The notes: a model not told the origin generated them from the letters alone. A DNA stretch of 64,000 nt from Eledone cirrhosa (GCA_964016885.1 OZ024746.1:17484001-17548000), one strand, 5' to 3'; positions 1 to 13,172 are shown, numbered from the stretch's first letter. Numbers and translations: made by a program.

Positions 1-202
1 ACACACACACATATATAACATACAATTAACATACTTCACCTAGCAACCGATTACTAGAGAAACCTTACAATAAAAGAAATTATTATCTTTACATACATAT
101 ATAGGTGTGTGTGTACACACACACCTATATATGTAAAGATAATAATTTCTTTTATTGTAAGGTTTCTCTAGCAATCGGTTGCTAGGTGAAGTATGATAAT
201 TG

Positions 203-480
203 GCCTCAGGTCAATCCCTGATCTCAGAGGCTCATTATATTGTATAGGATTCTGGCAGTGCTAGTGATGGTAGAAATTTGGGCACTGCCTATGAAGCTGG
301 GTATCCCAAGGATTATTATGAAGAACATAAGGCGTTTGTGCCTAGCATCCCAATGATGATTGGCATGATTTCTGTCTCTACATGGTGATCAGTTCTAATA
401 GTGCATGCACGGTGTGCAAACTAATTGATCTTTTCCATTTTCTTTTCAGCCATATTGTTGTCTTGAGGGATCGTAATATC
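203..480 (-). mobile_element. degraded 3' fragment of an RLE-endonuclease non-LTR retrotransposon (R4/Dong-like)
   Basis: Minus-strand translation DITIPQDNNMAEKKMEKIN*...EIMPIIIGMLG resembles the D.AIP.D.N..KE.EK.KY...PV.IGALG endonuclease region. Confidence 0.55.
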
Positions 481-774
481 AATTTTTTTTTTTGGTGTGT
501 ATGGGGGTTTAGAACAATAACATGAACGATGATGATGATAATGATGATATCAATAACAATGATGATGATGATGATGATGTAAACAAAGTCTGACATGAAA
601 ACAAAAACATTGAAGATATGAAAACCTGAAATATAAATAATAAACATTGTTGATAGTCACCAAGTCTACACACTTGACAGTTTATAGATTATATATACAC
701 ACTGTCATCTATGTTGTTACTGTACTATATACACCCTCTCACCTCACTGTATACTCACTATCACCTACATTGTC

Positions 775-1700
775 ATCATCATCATTGTATTAAATCTCCT
801 TTCCTATGTATGTATGGGTTGGACAGATCTTTTTCAGAACAGCATCCCTCCATTGTATTTTTTCATCATCTCTGCTGAACTTCAGTGATTTAGGATTTGC
901 TCTCACAACCTCTGCCTAAGTCTTCCTTGGTTTTCCTCTACTGCAGCTGCCATCCACTGGGATTTCTTGGCATTGTTTCACCCAATGATGATCACCCAAG
1001 TGCATCACATGTCCATACCTATGCGGTCTTCTCTTCTGCACACTACTTCTGATTACTTATATAGCCAGTTTTTCTCCCTCGTTTCATCCATCCCCAGTTC
1101 ATCCATGCTTTGTCGTTCACACACATTAATATTGCACATCCATAGAAGCATGCTTGCTTCATTTCTTTCTAGCCTTCACATAACCTCTGCATTCACTGCC
1201 CATGTTTCACTACCATGCACACCACATTCCACATGCAGGCATCATATAGCTGGCTTTTCTGGAGTAGAGAGAAACCTTTGTTGTCAACAGAGGCATTAAT
1301 TCCTTGAACTGTTTCCATTCTTTTCTTATTCAAGCTATTATGCTCTCAGTGCAGCTTAATCTCCAACTAATTAGATCACCCAAGTAGCAGAAGCTATCTA
1401 CCACTTCTATGGAACCTTTTTCCATTGTGTTCTTAACCTAACTACTATTCTCTTAGAGCAAACTTCCCCATTGTTAATTAGATCACTTAGGCAGCAGAAG
1501 CTATCAATCACGTGTATGGAGTCTTCCTAGGATTGGAAAAATGTTTATTTTACTGATGCTTTTACTACTAACTATCCATGTGCATCTGTAACATACAAAG
1601 TCTACCTTTTCTGTTAATCTACTTGCTATCCCACTTACACCTCATGTATGTCCAAGTGTACATCATATAGAGTTTCTACCTACTCCTTTTCTACGCAACA
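775..1700 (-). mobile_element. degraded RTE LINE 3' part, continued at about 4977-5090 after the CRE insertion
   Basis: Reverse complement resembles the RTE at 11600-12470 (CRKGVGRNSI, VDSFCYLGD, ERNEASMLLWMC, AYRYGHVM) and ends in a (GAT)n tail. Confidence 0.75.
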
Positions 1701-4700
1701 ATTTTTTTTTCTTTCTTTTGTACATTCATCCATTCATTCATTTATTTATTTGCTAACACTCTACCTTTTTGTGTGTCCCTCTCCATGCACCCCCTTCTTT
1801 TTTCCCTTGCCTCCTGACGCCTCCATATCTGATGAAGGTGAGCTATGAGGCCCTCTTATCAGCACTTTCCCTTCCACCCACACACGCCAGGCACTCACCC
1901 CCAATGCCGCACACACGGTGCTCCAGTCCCCGGCCCCTGGCCCCATCCCCCATCTCCTCTAGCCAACACCTGCAGCACCTGCAGGTGTCGGCTAACAGAT
2001 GAAAGAGGGGCCGGAACTGTTCGGGGTCCGGCTGCTTCCACCACCTCACCTGTGTTGGCTTGACACGTTGAACCTCCAGTGCCCTCACAGCGTGGAGATG
2101 CAGGAACTGCCTCCTCCCCTCGTCTGCCCAGCTATGGCCGTCTGGCACACCACCAGATGAGGCAGTGAGCTTGCCTGACACCCAAGCCTCGCTGGTCAAA
2201 ATCGCTCACCTCAGGCGACTCTGGAACATCCCACTCAGGATCCCTCGATGCCCTCGCCTCCTCGATTGAGAGCGCCCTGGACTCCAATCGAGCCATCGAC
2301 TGGGAGCGACTTTTTTATTTCGCCCCAACGCCCTCGGCCTCCCCAGCTCTGGCACTGACTGGAGCAGCCGGTCGACAGCAGCCTTCGTCAAGGCCAATGT
2401 TTCATCCTTTGGGCAAGCGCCCATTCCAAGCATGCCCAGGGACGCCACACACCCCACCCTTGGGTTCCCCCAATCCTACACCCCTGAGACCAGCACTAAG
2501 CATTTGTGCGACTGCGTAAATGCTAAATTAATCATGGGTGATGTCTCGGTCGCAGTCAGAGTGGTTGCCTCAGAGGACACTGTCCTCCAGCCCACCGAGG
2601 AGGTCCTGGTTGCACTGCGACTTAAGCACCCTGAGCCACCCACTGATCTCAGACCCATACCTCCACTTGCTCCTTGTGGCTTCTGATGCAGACATCATGT
2701 CCGCCATCAAGTCCTTCCCAACTAGCAGCAACGGAGGTGTTGATGGTCTCCGACCAGGCCACCTCAAGGACTCAAGGAGGTCCTATCCCCCCTCTCCGCT
2801 GAAGCTGGGCACCGCTGTCTGACTAGCCTCACCGCTCTTAGGAAGAAAGAGTGTGGCATACGCCCCATCGCCGTGGGCAATATCTTCTGGAGGCTGGCTG
2901 CCAAGGTGGTCTGCAGGTCCATAACACCCGAACTTGGCGAGGAGTTCAGTCCAGTGCAACTGGGTGTCGGCATGTGTCCGGTGGCTGTGAGGGGGCTGCA
3001 CATTCAACCGCTGCCCACCGGAATTGTCATCCAGGGACTCCAGGTACCTCATTTTGAAGCTTGAATTGAGGAATGCCTTCAACTGCTTACGCCAGGACCA
3101 TCTGCTTGAAGCCTGCCTCAGCCGAGCCCCCTCTGCCTACCTGCTGGCTTACCTGTCGTATGGAGCCCCAAGCATGCTCTTTGCTGCTGATACGGTCATA
3201 CCTTCAGCCACTGGGATTCAACAGGGCGACCCTTTGGGACCCCTCCTGTTTGCCCTTGGTATAGATCACATCGCCCGGAGTATCACGGCCCCTCTCAATG
3301 TTTGGTATCTGGATGATGCTATGTTGGGCGGGCCCGTGCAGACTGTCTGCCATGACCTACAATCGGTGGTTTCTGCCTTGGCAGGAATCGGCCTCCAGGT
3401 CAACTCGACTAAGTCGGAGGTGGTGAATGTCAGCCACGATGCTGAGAGCTTTGCAGCCTCCGTCTTGGACATGCGGTCTATTCTCCACCAAGTACAACTG
3501 GCCCCTAAAGAGGATGTCCTCATCCTTGGGTCACCGATCCACCCACCGGCCATCCACTCCACCATCAGGTCCAGGCTTCAACAACTCCAGACTCTCATGA
3601 GCCAACTGGGCTTGATCGACGGCCACCAGTCCTCTTTCTGTTGAGGAACTGCTTCGCCATGCCAAAGCTCCTCTATACCCTTCGCAGCGCTCCGTGCTAC
3701 ACTTACACATCTCTCCTCACTGACCTCGATACTTGTATCCGAGAAGCAGCCGAGGAGATATGTAATGTCAAGTTTGACGTCATTGGATGGCAACAGGCCA
3801 CTTTACCTGTCAGGTATGGCGGCCTTGGCCTGGTCCCCGATCTCACTGGCTTTGCCGGCGTATCTTTCGTCGGTAACCTCGTGCCGCGTCCTTGTCAGCA
3901 GGGTTCTCCAAAACACAATAGAACCCTCTGTGTTCAGAGAACGTGAGGCCACCTGTGAGATGTGAGACCGGCTGGGACTTAGCCCAGTAGAAGTCCCTCC
4001 TCCTTCTCCCCTTGTTGACGTCAACTCCCCCCAAAGCACTTGGGATGCCATCCAGTGCAGCCTGACCTCAGACAGGCTCACGTGCCAGCTCGACCAGGAC
4101 CGCCTTCCCTGTTTTCGTGTGGCCTCCAAACTCCACAGTGGTGCCTGGCTGCATGCCCTGCCCTCCTTCTCCCCTGGCACGCAGCTAGACAATAATAGCC
4201 TGCGCATTGGCGTTTCCTTGAGGCTCAGCCTCCGGATCTGCAAGCCACACCAATGTCGCTGCGGATCCACCGTGGACCCTTTTGGCCTCCACACGCTTTC
4301 ATGTCGCCACAGTGCCGGCCGCCTTCCACGCCATGCTACCCTCATTGAGCTCATAAAGCATGGCTTGGACACTGCAGGCTTCCCTTCCCAACTCGAGCCG
4401 GTGGGGCTGGACCGAGGGGACGGCAAAAGGCCAGATAGCATGACCATCTTGCCGTTCCGCGGTGGTAAACCTCTCGTCTGGGATGTCACCTGCACCGACA
4501 CTTTCTGCAGCCGCAACCTGGTGCAGTCTGCGATTAACCCGGGTTCTGCTGCACGTCGAGCTGAGGAGGCTAAACTCCTCAAATACCGGTCGCTCTCTGA
4601 CAGGTTTGTGGTTGTATCCCTGGCAGTGGAGACTTCTGGTGTCCTTGGCCCTAGGGCTACCTCTCTACTCACCACCATAGGCGCTGAACTGGCCAGTCGC

Positions 4701-4976
4701 AGGTGTGAGCCCCGCTAGTTGGAGTGGCTTTTCCAGCGCATCTCCCTTGCTGTCCTCCGGGGAAACACCTTCTCCATTCTGACTGCCGGGGCTGTGGCGG
4801 AGCCCCATCGCGTATCATTCCAGATTTAGTTGTGGTCGGTGTGTGTGTGTTTGTATATATTGCTTTTGTTTTCATTCAGCATCATGTTATTCTTCATTGC
4901 TTTTCTCTACTAATGAATTATATTTTGAAAAATAAAATAATCTGGCCTTATACACTTAAAAAAAAAAAAAAAAAAA
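1701..4976 (+). mobile_element. CRE-clade non-LTR retrotransposon (RT plus CCHC plus RLE endonuclease), frameshifted, with poly(A) tail
   Basis: ORF fragments include GIQQGDPLGPLLF and WYLDD (RT), CRCG...HTLSC...RH (CCHC) and RPD...LVWDVT...AVETSG (restriction-like endonuclease). GC-rich body, AATAAA and poly(A) at 4958-4976. Confidence 0.85.
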
Positions 4977-5833
4977 GGCATAGTCACATCCCTGAAGAGA
5001 TCAGAGTCCTGTCTTATTTCCTGCTTACTAATACTTTAGTTTGTCTTATGTTTCTTCTCTAGCTCTTCCACTGATTTGACTATAAAAACTGGTAATTCAC
5101 ACACACACACACACACACAAACAAACATTGAAGCAACTCCGAAAAATTCCTTTTGTGGCTGGCTTGCCCACATCACATTCTTGAACTAGTTTTGAAGAAA
5201 GTCTTTGATATCTTTTTCCCATCATCTGGTCTCAGTATCCCAATGTTCAAAAAGTTCTAGGAAGATTGGGACTCCACCGATAAGTCTTATGAAACAATCC
5301 TGGATGATGATGATGAGCCCATGGAATATTTTTACAAGCAAAAGAGAGAGGAGATGGTTGAATATCCCTGAAAAGACAAAGCCAAGTTCATAAAACTCTC
5401 CCTTCTCTATCTTGGTGGCTGGCCATCTCTTCTTTGTCCCAGGAGTTTACCACCAGGCTCATTGGTTGGCTAAGGCATCCAAAATGGCTGACTGAATATG
5501 CACGTGTGTCCTTTCCCCCTTTTTTTCCTCATTTTTTCCTGTTCCTTCCTCTTCTCACTCTTTGTCCTTCTATTTTATCTTTTATTTCTAACTCTATCTT
5601 CTGTTGAAGGATTAGTGTCCAAAACGTTAAAACTCTATTCCTGCTATTTCAAGTGTTAAACTAATATATTTCTTTATTGTACTGTATCGTTTGCTTTGTT
5701 ATTTGTTTACTTTTTACATACATATGTGATCAAGATAGTTCTGTTCAAAGAACAACTTAAGCTTACACCATGTAAGTCAAGAGATCTAGATTCCTGGTTA
5801 TAAATAGCATAAACCCATCGCGTTGCTCTAATA

Positions 5834-6194
5834 CAAAGGTTCTCAACGGGGGGCACATGCACCCCCAGGGAGCGTTTCGGAACTCCAGGGGGGCGTTTAA
5901 GAGCAAGGTCGCGTTAGGGGGGCGTTTGGAGCTGGGGGGGTGCTGGGTTTTTCCATTTTTAGGATCTCAATTACCGGACATGTCTGCACACTTGCTCACA
6001 GCTGTAGTTTGAATGAGCTTGCAGACAGCATAACTACAGGCATGTCCGGTAATTGAGATCCTAAAAATGTAAAAGCCCACAGTCAACTGGGTCAAAGGCA
6101 CTTTGAGCGCAGCCAGTTAGAAACTTATCTTTCCTTCATCGTGATTTCGAGGGACAAAAGGGGGCGTTTGGCCTAAATGGGTTGAGAACCTGTG
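5834..6194. mobile_element. hAT (Charlie-like) MITE
   Basis: TIRs CAAAGGTTCTCAAC and GTTGAGAACCTGTG. The 8-bp TSD is ctctaata / ccctaata. Confidence 0.8.
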
Positions 6195-6696
6195 CCCTAA
6201 TACATTATTTTAGTCGGTTTAGCTTAAATCCCACCCCCAAATAAAGATTTTGGTTTAAGTTTATTATATTTTATTACTTCTCAGAGTAGATAATTTATTA
6301 ATATATCTTATCCATTTATTGAAATGTCTAACCATTAGAGAAATTTAACTTTATATATATATACACACACACTGTATATACATACACCACCACAACGCCA
6401 TGTGTGTGTGTCACAATAACAGGACATAATTAAATGTGTTAGTGAGTCCAAGGGAAATAACTCTTAGATACTCAAACTGTTTTTAATAAGTGCTTATAGA
6501 GGGAAGGTGTCTATGGTATAATTAAGTAAGGTGTGACACCTGTAGTAGTGCCATGTTGTGGATGTGGAGTGTGTCTGTGACTCCACAATCCACCGCGAGC
6601 ATGGATTTGATTCTACTGAAGGCAAATTGATATAGCAGCATTACTGAGATGACTGCACAGCAGTCAGAAATATATGACACTTACCACAACCACAGA

Positions 6697-6995
6697 TTCA
6701 ATTCAATTCAATTCAATATATTTGGCAGAAATTAAAACATAGATGCTTCAGATGCCATGTAAGGAGGGGAGGGGGGAAAATTTTACACAGTATGAAACAC
6801 AGTGGTCCAACACCGGTCCAATTTCGCCTTGAATTGTTGCGTGGTTGACGCGTTGACTTCTTCTTCTGGAAGCCGATTCCAGGGTCCAGAGATGCAGATC
6901 GAGAAAGCAGCTTTCCGTCTATTTAGGCGAAAGCGGCAGTGAAACAGCTTTTTATCATGTCCACGTAGATCCCTTTCAAGTGCCGGAGTGACAGA
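6697..6995 (-). mobile_element. CR1-like LINE 3' fragment
   Basis: Minus strand reads RGHDKKLF...AAFSICISGPWNRLPEE...FKAKLD with a (GAATT)n tail. Confidence 0.65.
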
Positions 6996-7734
6996 TATGT
7001 GACTGTACTACAGTCACAAATATATGACTGTACTACGGTCACAAATATATGACACTACTTAAGACACAAATATATGACTGTACTACGGTCACAAATATAT
7101 GACACTACTTAAGACACAAATATATGACTGTACTACGGTCACAAATATATGACACTACTTAAGACACAAATATATGACTGTACTACGGTCACAAATATAT
7201 GACACTACTTAAGACACAAATATATGACTGTACTACGGTCACAAATATATGACACTACTTAAGACACAAATATATGACTGTACTACGGTCACAAATATAT
7301 GACACTACTTAAGACACAAATATATGACTGTACTACGGTCACAAATATATGACACTACTTAAGACACAAATATATGACTGTACTACAGTCACAAATATAT
7401 GACACAACTACAATCACAGATATATGACTATACTACGGTCACAAATATATGACACTACTTAAGACACAAATATATGACTGTACTACAGTCACAAATATAT
7501 GACACAACTACAATCACAGATATATGACTATACTACGGTCACAAATATATGACACTACTTAAGACACAAATATATGACTGTACTACGGTCACAAATATAT
7601 GACACTACTACAATCACAGATATATGACTATACTACAGTCACAAATATATGACACTACTTAAGACACAAATATATGACTGTACTACAGTCACAAATATAT
7701 GACACTACTTAAGACACACATATATGACTGTACT
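6995..7734. repeat. minisatellite, 50-bp unit made of two related 25-bp halves, about 14-15 copies
   Basis: tatatgactgtactacggtcacaaatatatgacactacttaagacacaaa repeated. Confidence 0.95.
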
Positions 7735-7789
7735 AAAGATAAGTATTTATGATTCTACTAAAGACATACATCTGAGGATATTGGTTGTG

Positions 7790-8176
7790 GTGTCAGTGGT
7801 GATGGTCATGACGGTAGTGGTGATGATGATAAAAATGATGATGATGATGGTGGTAGTGATGATGACGATGATAATGGCGGTTGTGGTGATGATGGTGGTT
7901 GTGGTGGTGGTGATGATGATGGTGGTAGTGATGATGACGATGATAATGGCGGTTGTGGTGATGATGGTGGTTGTGGTGGTGGTGATGATGGTGGTGGTAG
8001 TGATGATGATGATGATAATGGCGGTTGAGGTAATGATGGTGGTTGTGGTGGTGGTGATGGTGGCAGTAGTGATGATGATGGTGGTGGTAGTGGTGTTGAT
8101 AAAGACGATGAGGGTGATAATGATGGTGGTGATGGTGGTAGTGGTGATGATGGTAGTGGTGGTAGTGATGATGATG
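7790..8176. repeat. (GTG/ATG)n compound trinucleotide microsatellite
   Basis: Seen directly. It explains spurious ORFs 7724-8290 and 7806-8204, and most of ORF 7747-8334. Confidence 0.95.
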
Positions 8177-8382
8177 GGGTGGGTGAAGGAGGAGGAGGAC
8201 ACATGCAAGTTTAAACCACCCCAGGCCCTATCCAGACAACCCCATCTCACTTCTACTAAGACAACAATATCTCTTTCAAATTGTTTATGATGAAATATTT
8301 TTCTTTTGTAAACAAATAAAATATCTTGCGACATTTCATGGAAGATAATTGTTTGATATAGTTAGACATTTTGTCACCTGGG

Positions 8383-8383
8383 A

Positions 8384-8419
<36 letters not shown>

Positions 8420-8520
8420 TGTATGTATGTATGTATGTATGTATGTATGTATGTATGTATGTATGTATGTATGTATGTATATCTATTTATCTCTCTCTCT
8501 CTATATATATATATATACAT
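8383..8520. repeat. (ATGT)n microsatellite with CT and TA runs
   Basis: Seen directly. Confidence 0.95.
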
Positions 8521-9801
8521 AAACACACCCATATATATATTTTGAAAAACAAAACTATTGACCTTCAACCTTGTCTCTTTTGTGAGATTTAGGATTTGGA
8601 TAGAGTATTTCGTGTGGAAGTTGTAACTAGTTGAAGTTGTTATTGGGTTGTTTGTTGAGATCTTAAAAATATATAAAGGGTCAAACAGGTTGAATTGATT
8701 TCACTGTGTCAAGTTATTGGGTTAGTGGACCGGAATATTACAGGACAGGACATGTTGTTTATGTTGAGGAGACAAATATGAACAGATGTTGGAAGATGAC
8801 AGGTGAGAGTCAGGTGAGATAGATAGGAAAGGGAGGGGGCAGGGGGAGAGAGATGTGAGGAATCGGAGAGAGAAAGAGAGAGGAGATGGGAGAGAGATGA
8901 TAGAGGGGGACAGGGGTGAGATGGGAGAAATGGGAGAGAGAGAGGGGGAGGGAGACATGTGAGACAGTTCGAATTAAAGAGAGTGAGAAGGATATATATA
9001 CCTAACCCGAACCCTACTCTTAACCCTTTACACTACCTTCTTACCTTTGCTATGCCTCAATGTCCTTCTTTGTCTGCACATTAGACTACAGTCCTTATTG
9101 GGTTTTTTTCATGCTCAGAGTTGCTGAAGCATGGAACAAACTACCTGCATCATTTGTTACATTATTCTATGTACTATACATGCAGCTTTTATGAGTAGTA
9201 GTGCATCTGAGCACTGTACACAATAATTTCATTAGTTAACTTTACCTTTCATCCTTACGGGGTCGATAAAATAAAGTACCAGTAATGTACTGGATAATTG
9301 CTGACCTTGTGCCTAAAGTAGAAACAATTATTATTATTATTCTCTTCTGTTTTACTATTTGTCTCCTTTCTATATTTTTCCTCCTTTGGCTAAGCCCTTG
9401 CGCACTTTATATTTGTGTAATTTGTCTAAAGCCATAACTTGTCTCTACCTGTTTTGTTATGTCCTAATGTGTAGTGGAATGAATTGTATCAACCTTAATG
9501 ATCCGAAACTGTGGTGATTTCCAGAGGTTGACTGAGGAGATGTGACTGTCCTTCTTTCTGTTGTTTTTTCTATTGTCTTTGCCATGTGCACCCTTTATTT
9601 TGAATGTATATATATATATATAGGGCGGTGCCCCAGCATTGCCTCAGCCGGATGGCTGGAACAGGTAAAAGAGTGATATATATATAGTCTATAGTATATA
9701 TAAATATATATACACAGTTGAGTGCTCTAAATCAGTTATAAACATTTATGTTTGTCGGAATTCCAAGAAATTAAATACAACTTCTACATATATATATATA
9801 T

Positions 9802-12469
9802 GAGACATCGTTATGCTAGCAGGAGACTTCAATGGTCATGTTGGACAGCTCCAGGATGGTTACACTGGGGTACATGGTGGGCACGGTTACGGTTCAAGAA
9901 ATGAAGAAGGAGTGAGACTTCTTGAATTTTGTGATGCGAGTACATTGACTATTTGCAACACAAACTTCCAGAAACCTGCCAATCATCTAATAACCTACAA
10001 ATCTGGTGAGCACATAAGCCAGATTGACTTCCTGCTAGTTAGGCAGCGGGACAGGCAGATAGTGTCTAATACCAAGGCATACCCTGGGGAAGAATGTACC
10101 CCACAGCATAGGTTAGTTGTTAGTGATATCTCAGTAAGCAAGAGATGGAATGAGACATATAGGAAGGTGTGGAGAAGAAAGGTCTGGAAGCTAAAAGACC
10201 TTTCACTAAAATACAAATTTAGGAAAGCCCTTCAAGATGTATATGACGAAAAACGAAGACGATTTAGAGACGTATGACATAGATAATAACTGGAAGTTCT
10301 TACGTGACAACTTGCTGCAGGCTACTGATGAAACCTGTGGCTGGAGCAGAGCTCCAACCAGACAGAGAGTGACCTGGTGGTGGAACAGCACAGTAGATAA
10401 GGCTATTAGAGACAAAAGACTAGCATGGAAGGCTTGGAAAAAGGGTGGGAGTAGGGAAGAATATACAGCCACTAAGAGAGAAGCTAGACGTCAGGTGTAC
10501 TTAGCACGCAGGGAGGCAGAGAGTAGGAGGTTTGCCAATGTTCTGCGACGGGAAGATCAGAGGCGTGCGGTGTTCCACATTGCAAGGCAGTGTGTCAATG
10601 CAAATCAGGATGTTGTTGGAGATAAATGTGTCCGGAATGATGCCGGTGTACTTAGTGTCACGAATGACCAGAAAAAGGAGGTCTGGAAATGTCATTATGA
10701 GAGACTGATGAATGTGGAGAACGAATGGGAGAGAGAGAAATTACCCTTGGTAGATCCGACAGAGGGACCAGCTATTGAGATTGACGAATATAGGGTCCAA
10801 GAGGCGATTAGGGAAATGAAAAATGGTAAGGCGGCCGGACCATCGGGAATAGTTGCTGAGATGCTGAAGGCATCAGGGGACGTAGGCACTAAACTGGTTG
10901 CACGCATCATCAATCAGGCTATATATGGTGGTGTCATACCCAAAGACTGGTGTAGCAGTATTCTCATAAATTGCTACAAAGGTAAAGGGGATGCTTTGGA
11001 GAGGAGCAATTATAGGGGTATAAAACTGATAGATCAGGTTATGAAAGTGGCAGAAAGGATTTTAGCACAACTAATTAGAGAAAGGGTCAAACTAGATGAG
11101 ATGCAGTTTGGTTTTGTGCCTGGGAAGAGTACAACAGATGCCCTCTTCTTGGTGAGACAAATGCAAGAGAGGTTCTTAGAGAAGAATAAGCCACTATACT
11201 TAGCCTTTGTTGACCTAGAGAAGGCCTTTGATAGGGTACCCCGATCTGTCATCTGGTGGTCCCTAAGGAAGCTGGGTGTTGAGGAATGGCTTGTGAGGAC
11301 AGTGCAAACTTTGTACAGTGGTACTCTCAGTAAAGTCAGGGTAGGAATGGAGTTTAGTGAGGAATTCCAGATACAAGTAGGAGTACATCAGGGTTCGGTC
11401 CTCAGCCCGCTCTTGTTCATTATAGTCCTCCAAGCCATAACAGAGGAGTTTAAGACTGGCTGTCCATGGGAACTTCTCTATGCTGACGATCTGGCTCTTA
11501 TGGCAGAATCAGTAGAGGAGCTAGAGAATAAAATCCGGCTATGGAAACAGCAGTTGGAAGCAAGAGGACTGAGAGTAAATCTAGCTAAGACAAAAGTGTT
11601 GATGAGTAGAAAAGAGGACAAAACCCTGATTCCGTCAGGGAAATGGCCATGTTCGATATGCAGAAAAGGAACTGGCATAAATTCTATAAAATGCACACAA
11701 TTCAGATCCTGGGTACACAAGAGATGTAGCGGGATAGCAGGCAAACTAACAGGTAGGGAGAAATATGTATGCAGTAGATGTACAGGGAAATTAGACAGTA
11801 GAAGTCGCACTGATAGACACATTTTTCAAATGCGAGAGGGCGCTATAGAAGTGGTGGATAGCTTCCGGTACCTAGGAGATCAGATTAGCATGGGAGGAGG
11901 GTGTTCCGAGGCCATAGTATCTAGAATAAGGACGGGTTGGAAGAAGTTTAGGGAGCTGCTTCCTCTGTTGACGAAGAAGGGTTTCTCCCTGCGTACGAAA
12001 GGCCGGTTGTATGATGCCTGTGTGAGGAGCGCGATGCTGCATGGTAGTGAGACATGGGCAGCAACCGCAGAGGATATGCGACGGCTGGAGAGAAATGAGG
12101 CAAGCATGCTCCGTTGGATGTGCAGTGTAAATGTGCGTGAACGACCCAGCATAAATGTGTTGAGAGAGAAACTGTGTCTGAGAGGGATAGAATGTAGTGT
12201 ACGGGAGAGGAGACTGAGGTGGTATGGACACGTGATGCGCATGGAGGATGACCGATGGGTGAAGAAGTGCCAGGAAATGCCAGTTGAAGGAAGACGTGGT
12301 AGAGGTAGACCACGAAAAACATGGGCGGAGGTGGTGAGAACAGACCTCAGATCATTGAAGCTCACGGTGGAGATGACGAGGGACCGTGACGAGTGGAGAG
12401 ATGCTGTGCTGAATAAGACCCGTCCCACCCTTGCAAGCAGGGAAAAGCGGACGTAAAATGATGATGATG

Positions 12470-12470
<1 letters not shown>
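9802..12470 (+). mobile_element. 5'-truncated RTE-clade LINE (partial APE endonuclease plus intact 739-aa RT frame), inserted in (TA)n
   Basis: AGDFNGHVG and SQIDFLL...QHRLV (APE). One frameshift near 10240-10277. AFVDLEKAFDRVP, GVHQGSVLSPLLF, LLYADD and RRLRWYGHV motifs. (ATG)n tail and (TA)n on both sides. Confidence 0.93.
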
Positions 12471-12524
<54 letters not shown>

Positions 12525-12997
12525 TGTGTGTGTGTAATGGGAAATAGAGAAAGAGATGTAGAGAAAAAGGTGGAGTGCTGATTAGAGATGTGTTGTACAA
12601 CAATGCTATGAGACAGAAGTCTCCAAACTGGACTTACAGGGACCCAAAGGGTCTCCACGAATCTAAGCCACTAAACTAATTTAGGGGTTTATGAAAAAAA
12701 GAGACTCCTACAAGGTTTGTCATTAAAATTTAATAGCTTTTCATGGTATTTTGATGATGATGAAGATGATGACGATGTAGGGTAGGGGGTGATTAAGTTA
12801 ACCCCAGCATTGACTGGTACTTTATTTTATTGGCCTTAGAATGATAAAAGGCAAAGTTGACCTTGGCTGGATTTGAACGTAAAGACCCAGAACAAATACT
12901 GCTAAGCATTTGTCTGCCAATCCACCACGTTCATACTTTCTGGATAAAGGAATATTTAATGATTTTTGTAAATCCCTCCAAATTCTTCATTAAATTA

Positions 12998-13172
12998 CAG
13001 GTAAAATTCCATTATAACGAATACCATTATAACAAATTTTTCAGTATAACAACATTTTTTTCAATCCCTGGCCGCATGCTTGATGTGCTAAGTTGATATT
13101 ATTATAAAGAATTTTTTGCTACAACAAATTTTTTTTATACCCTGTGAATTTCGTTATAACCGAATTTCACTG
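12998..13172. mobile_element. pogo/Tigger-like MITE
   Basis: TA|CAGGTAAAATTCCATTATAACGAA...TTCGTTATAACCGAATTTCACTG|TA. Confidence 0.65.

Noticed and set aside
3803-4678. 291-aa minus-strand ORF
   Set aside because: It is the antisense shadow of the GC-rich CRE coding region.
5601-5630. Hammerhead-like CTGTTGA-AGGA...TCC-AAAACGTTA
   Set aside because: Two essential core positions are mutated, so it is at most an inactive relic.
6995-7734. Regular repeat array resembling a CRISPR
   Set aside because: Units are contiguous with no unique spacers, there are no cas genes, and the context is eukaryotic. It is a minisatellite.
7724-8290. Long Val/Met-rich, Thr/Ile-rich and Pro/Ser-rich ORFs
   Set aside because: They are artefacts of a stop-free trinucleotide microsatellite.
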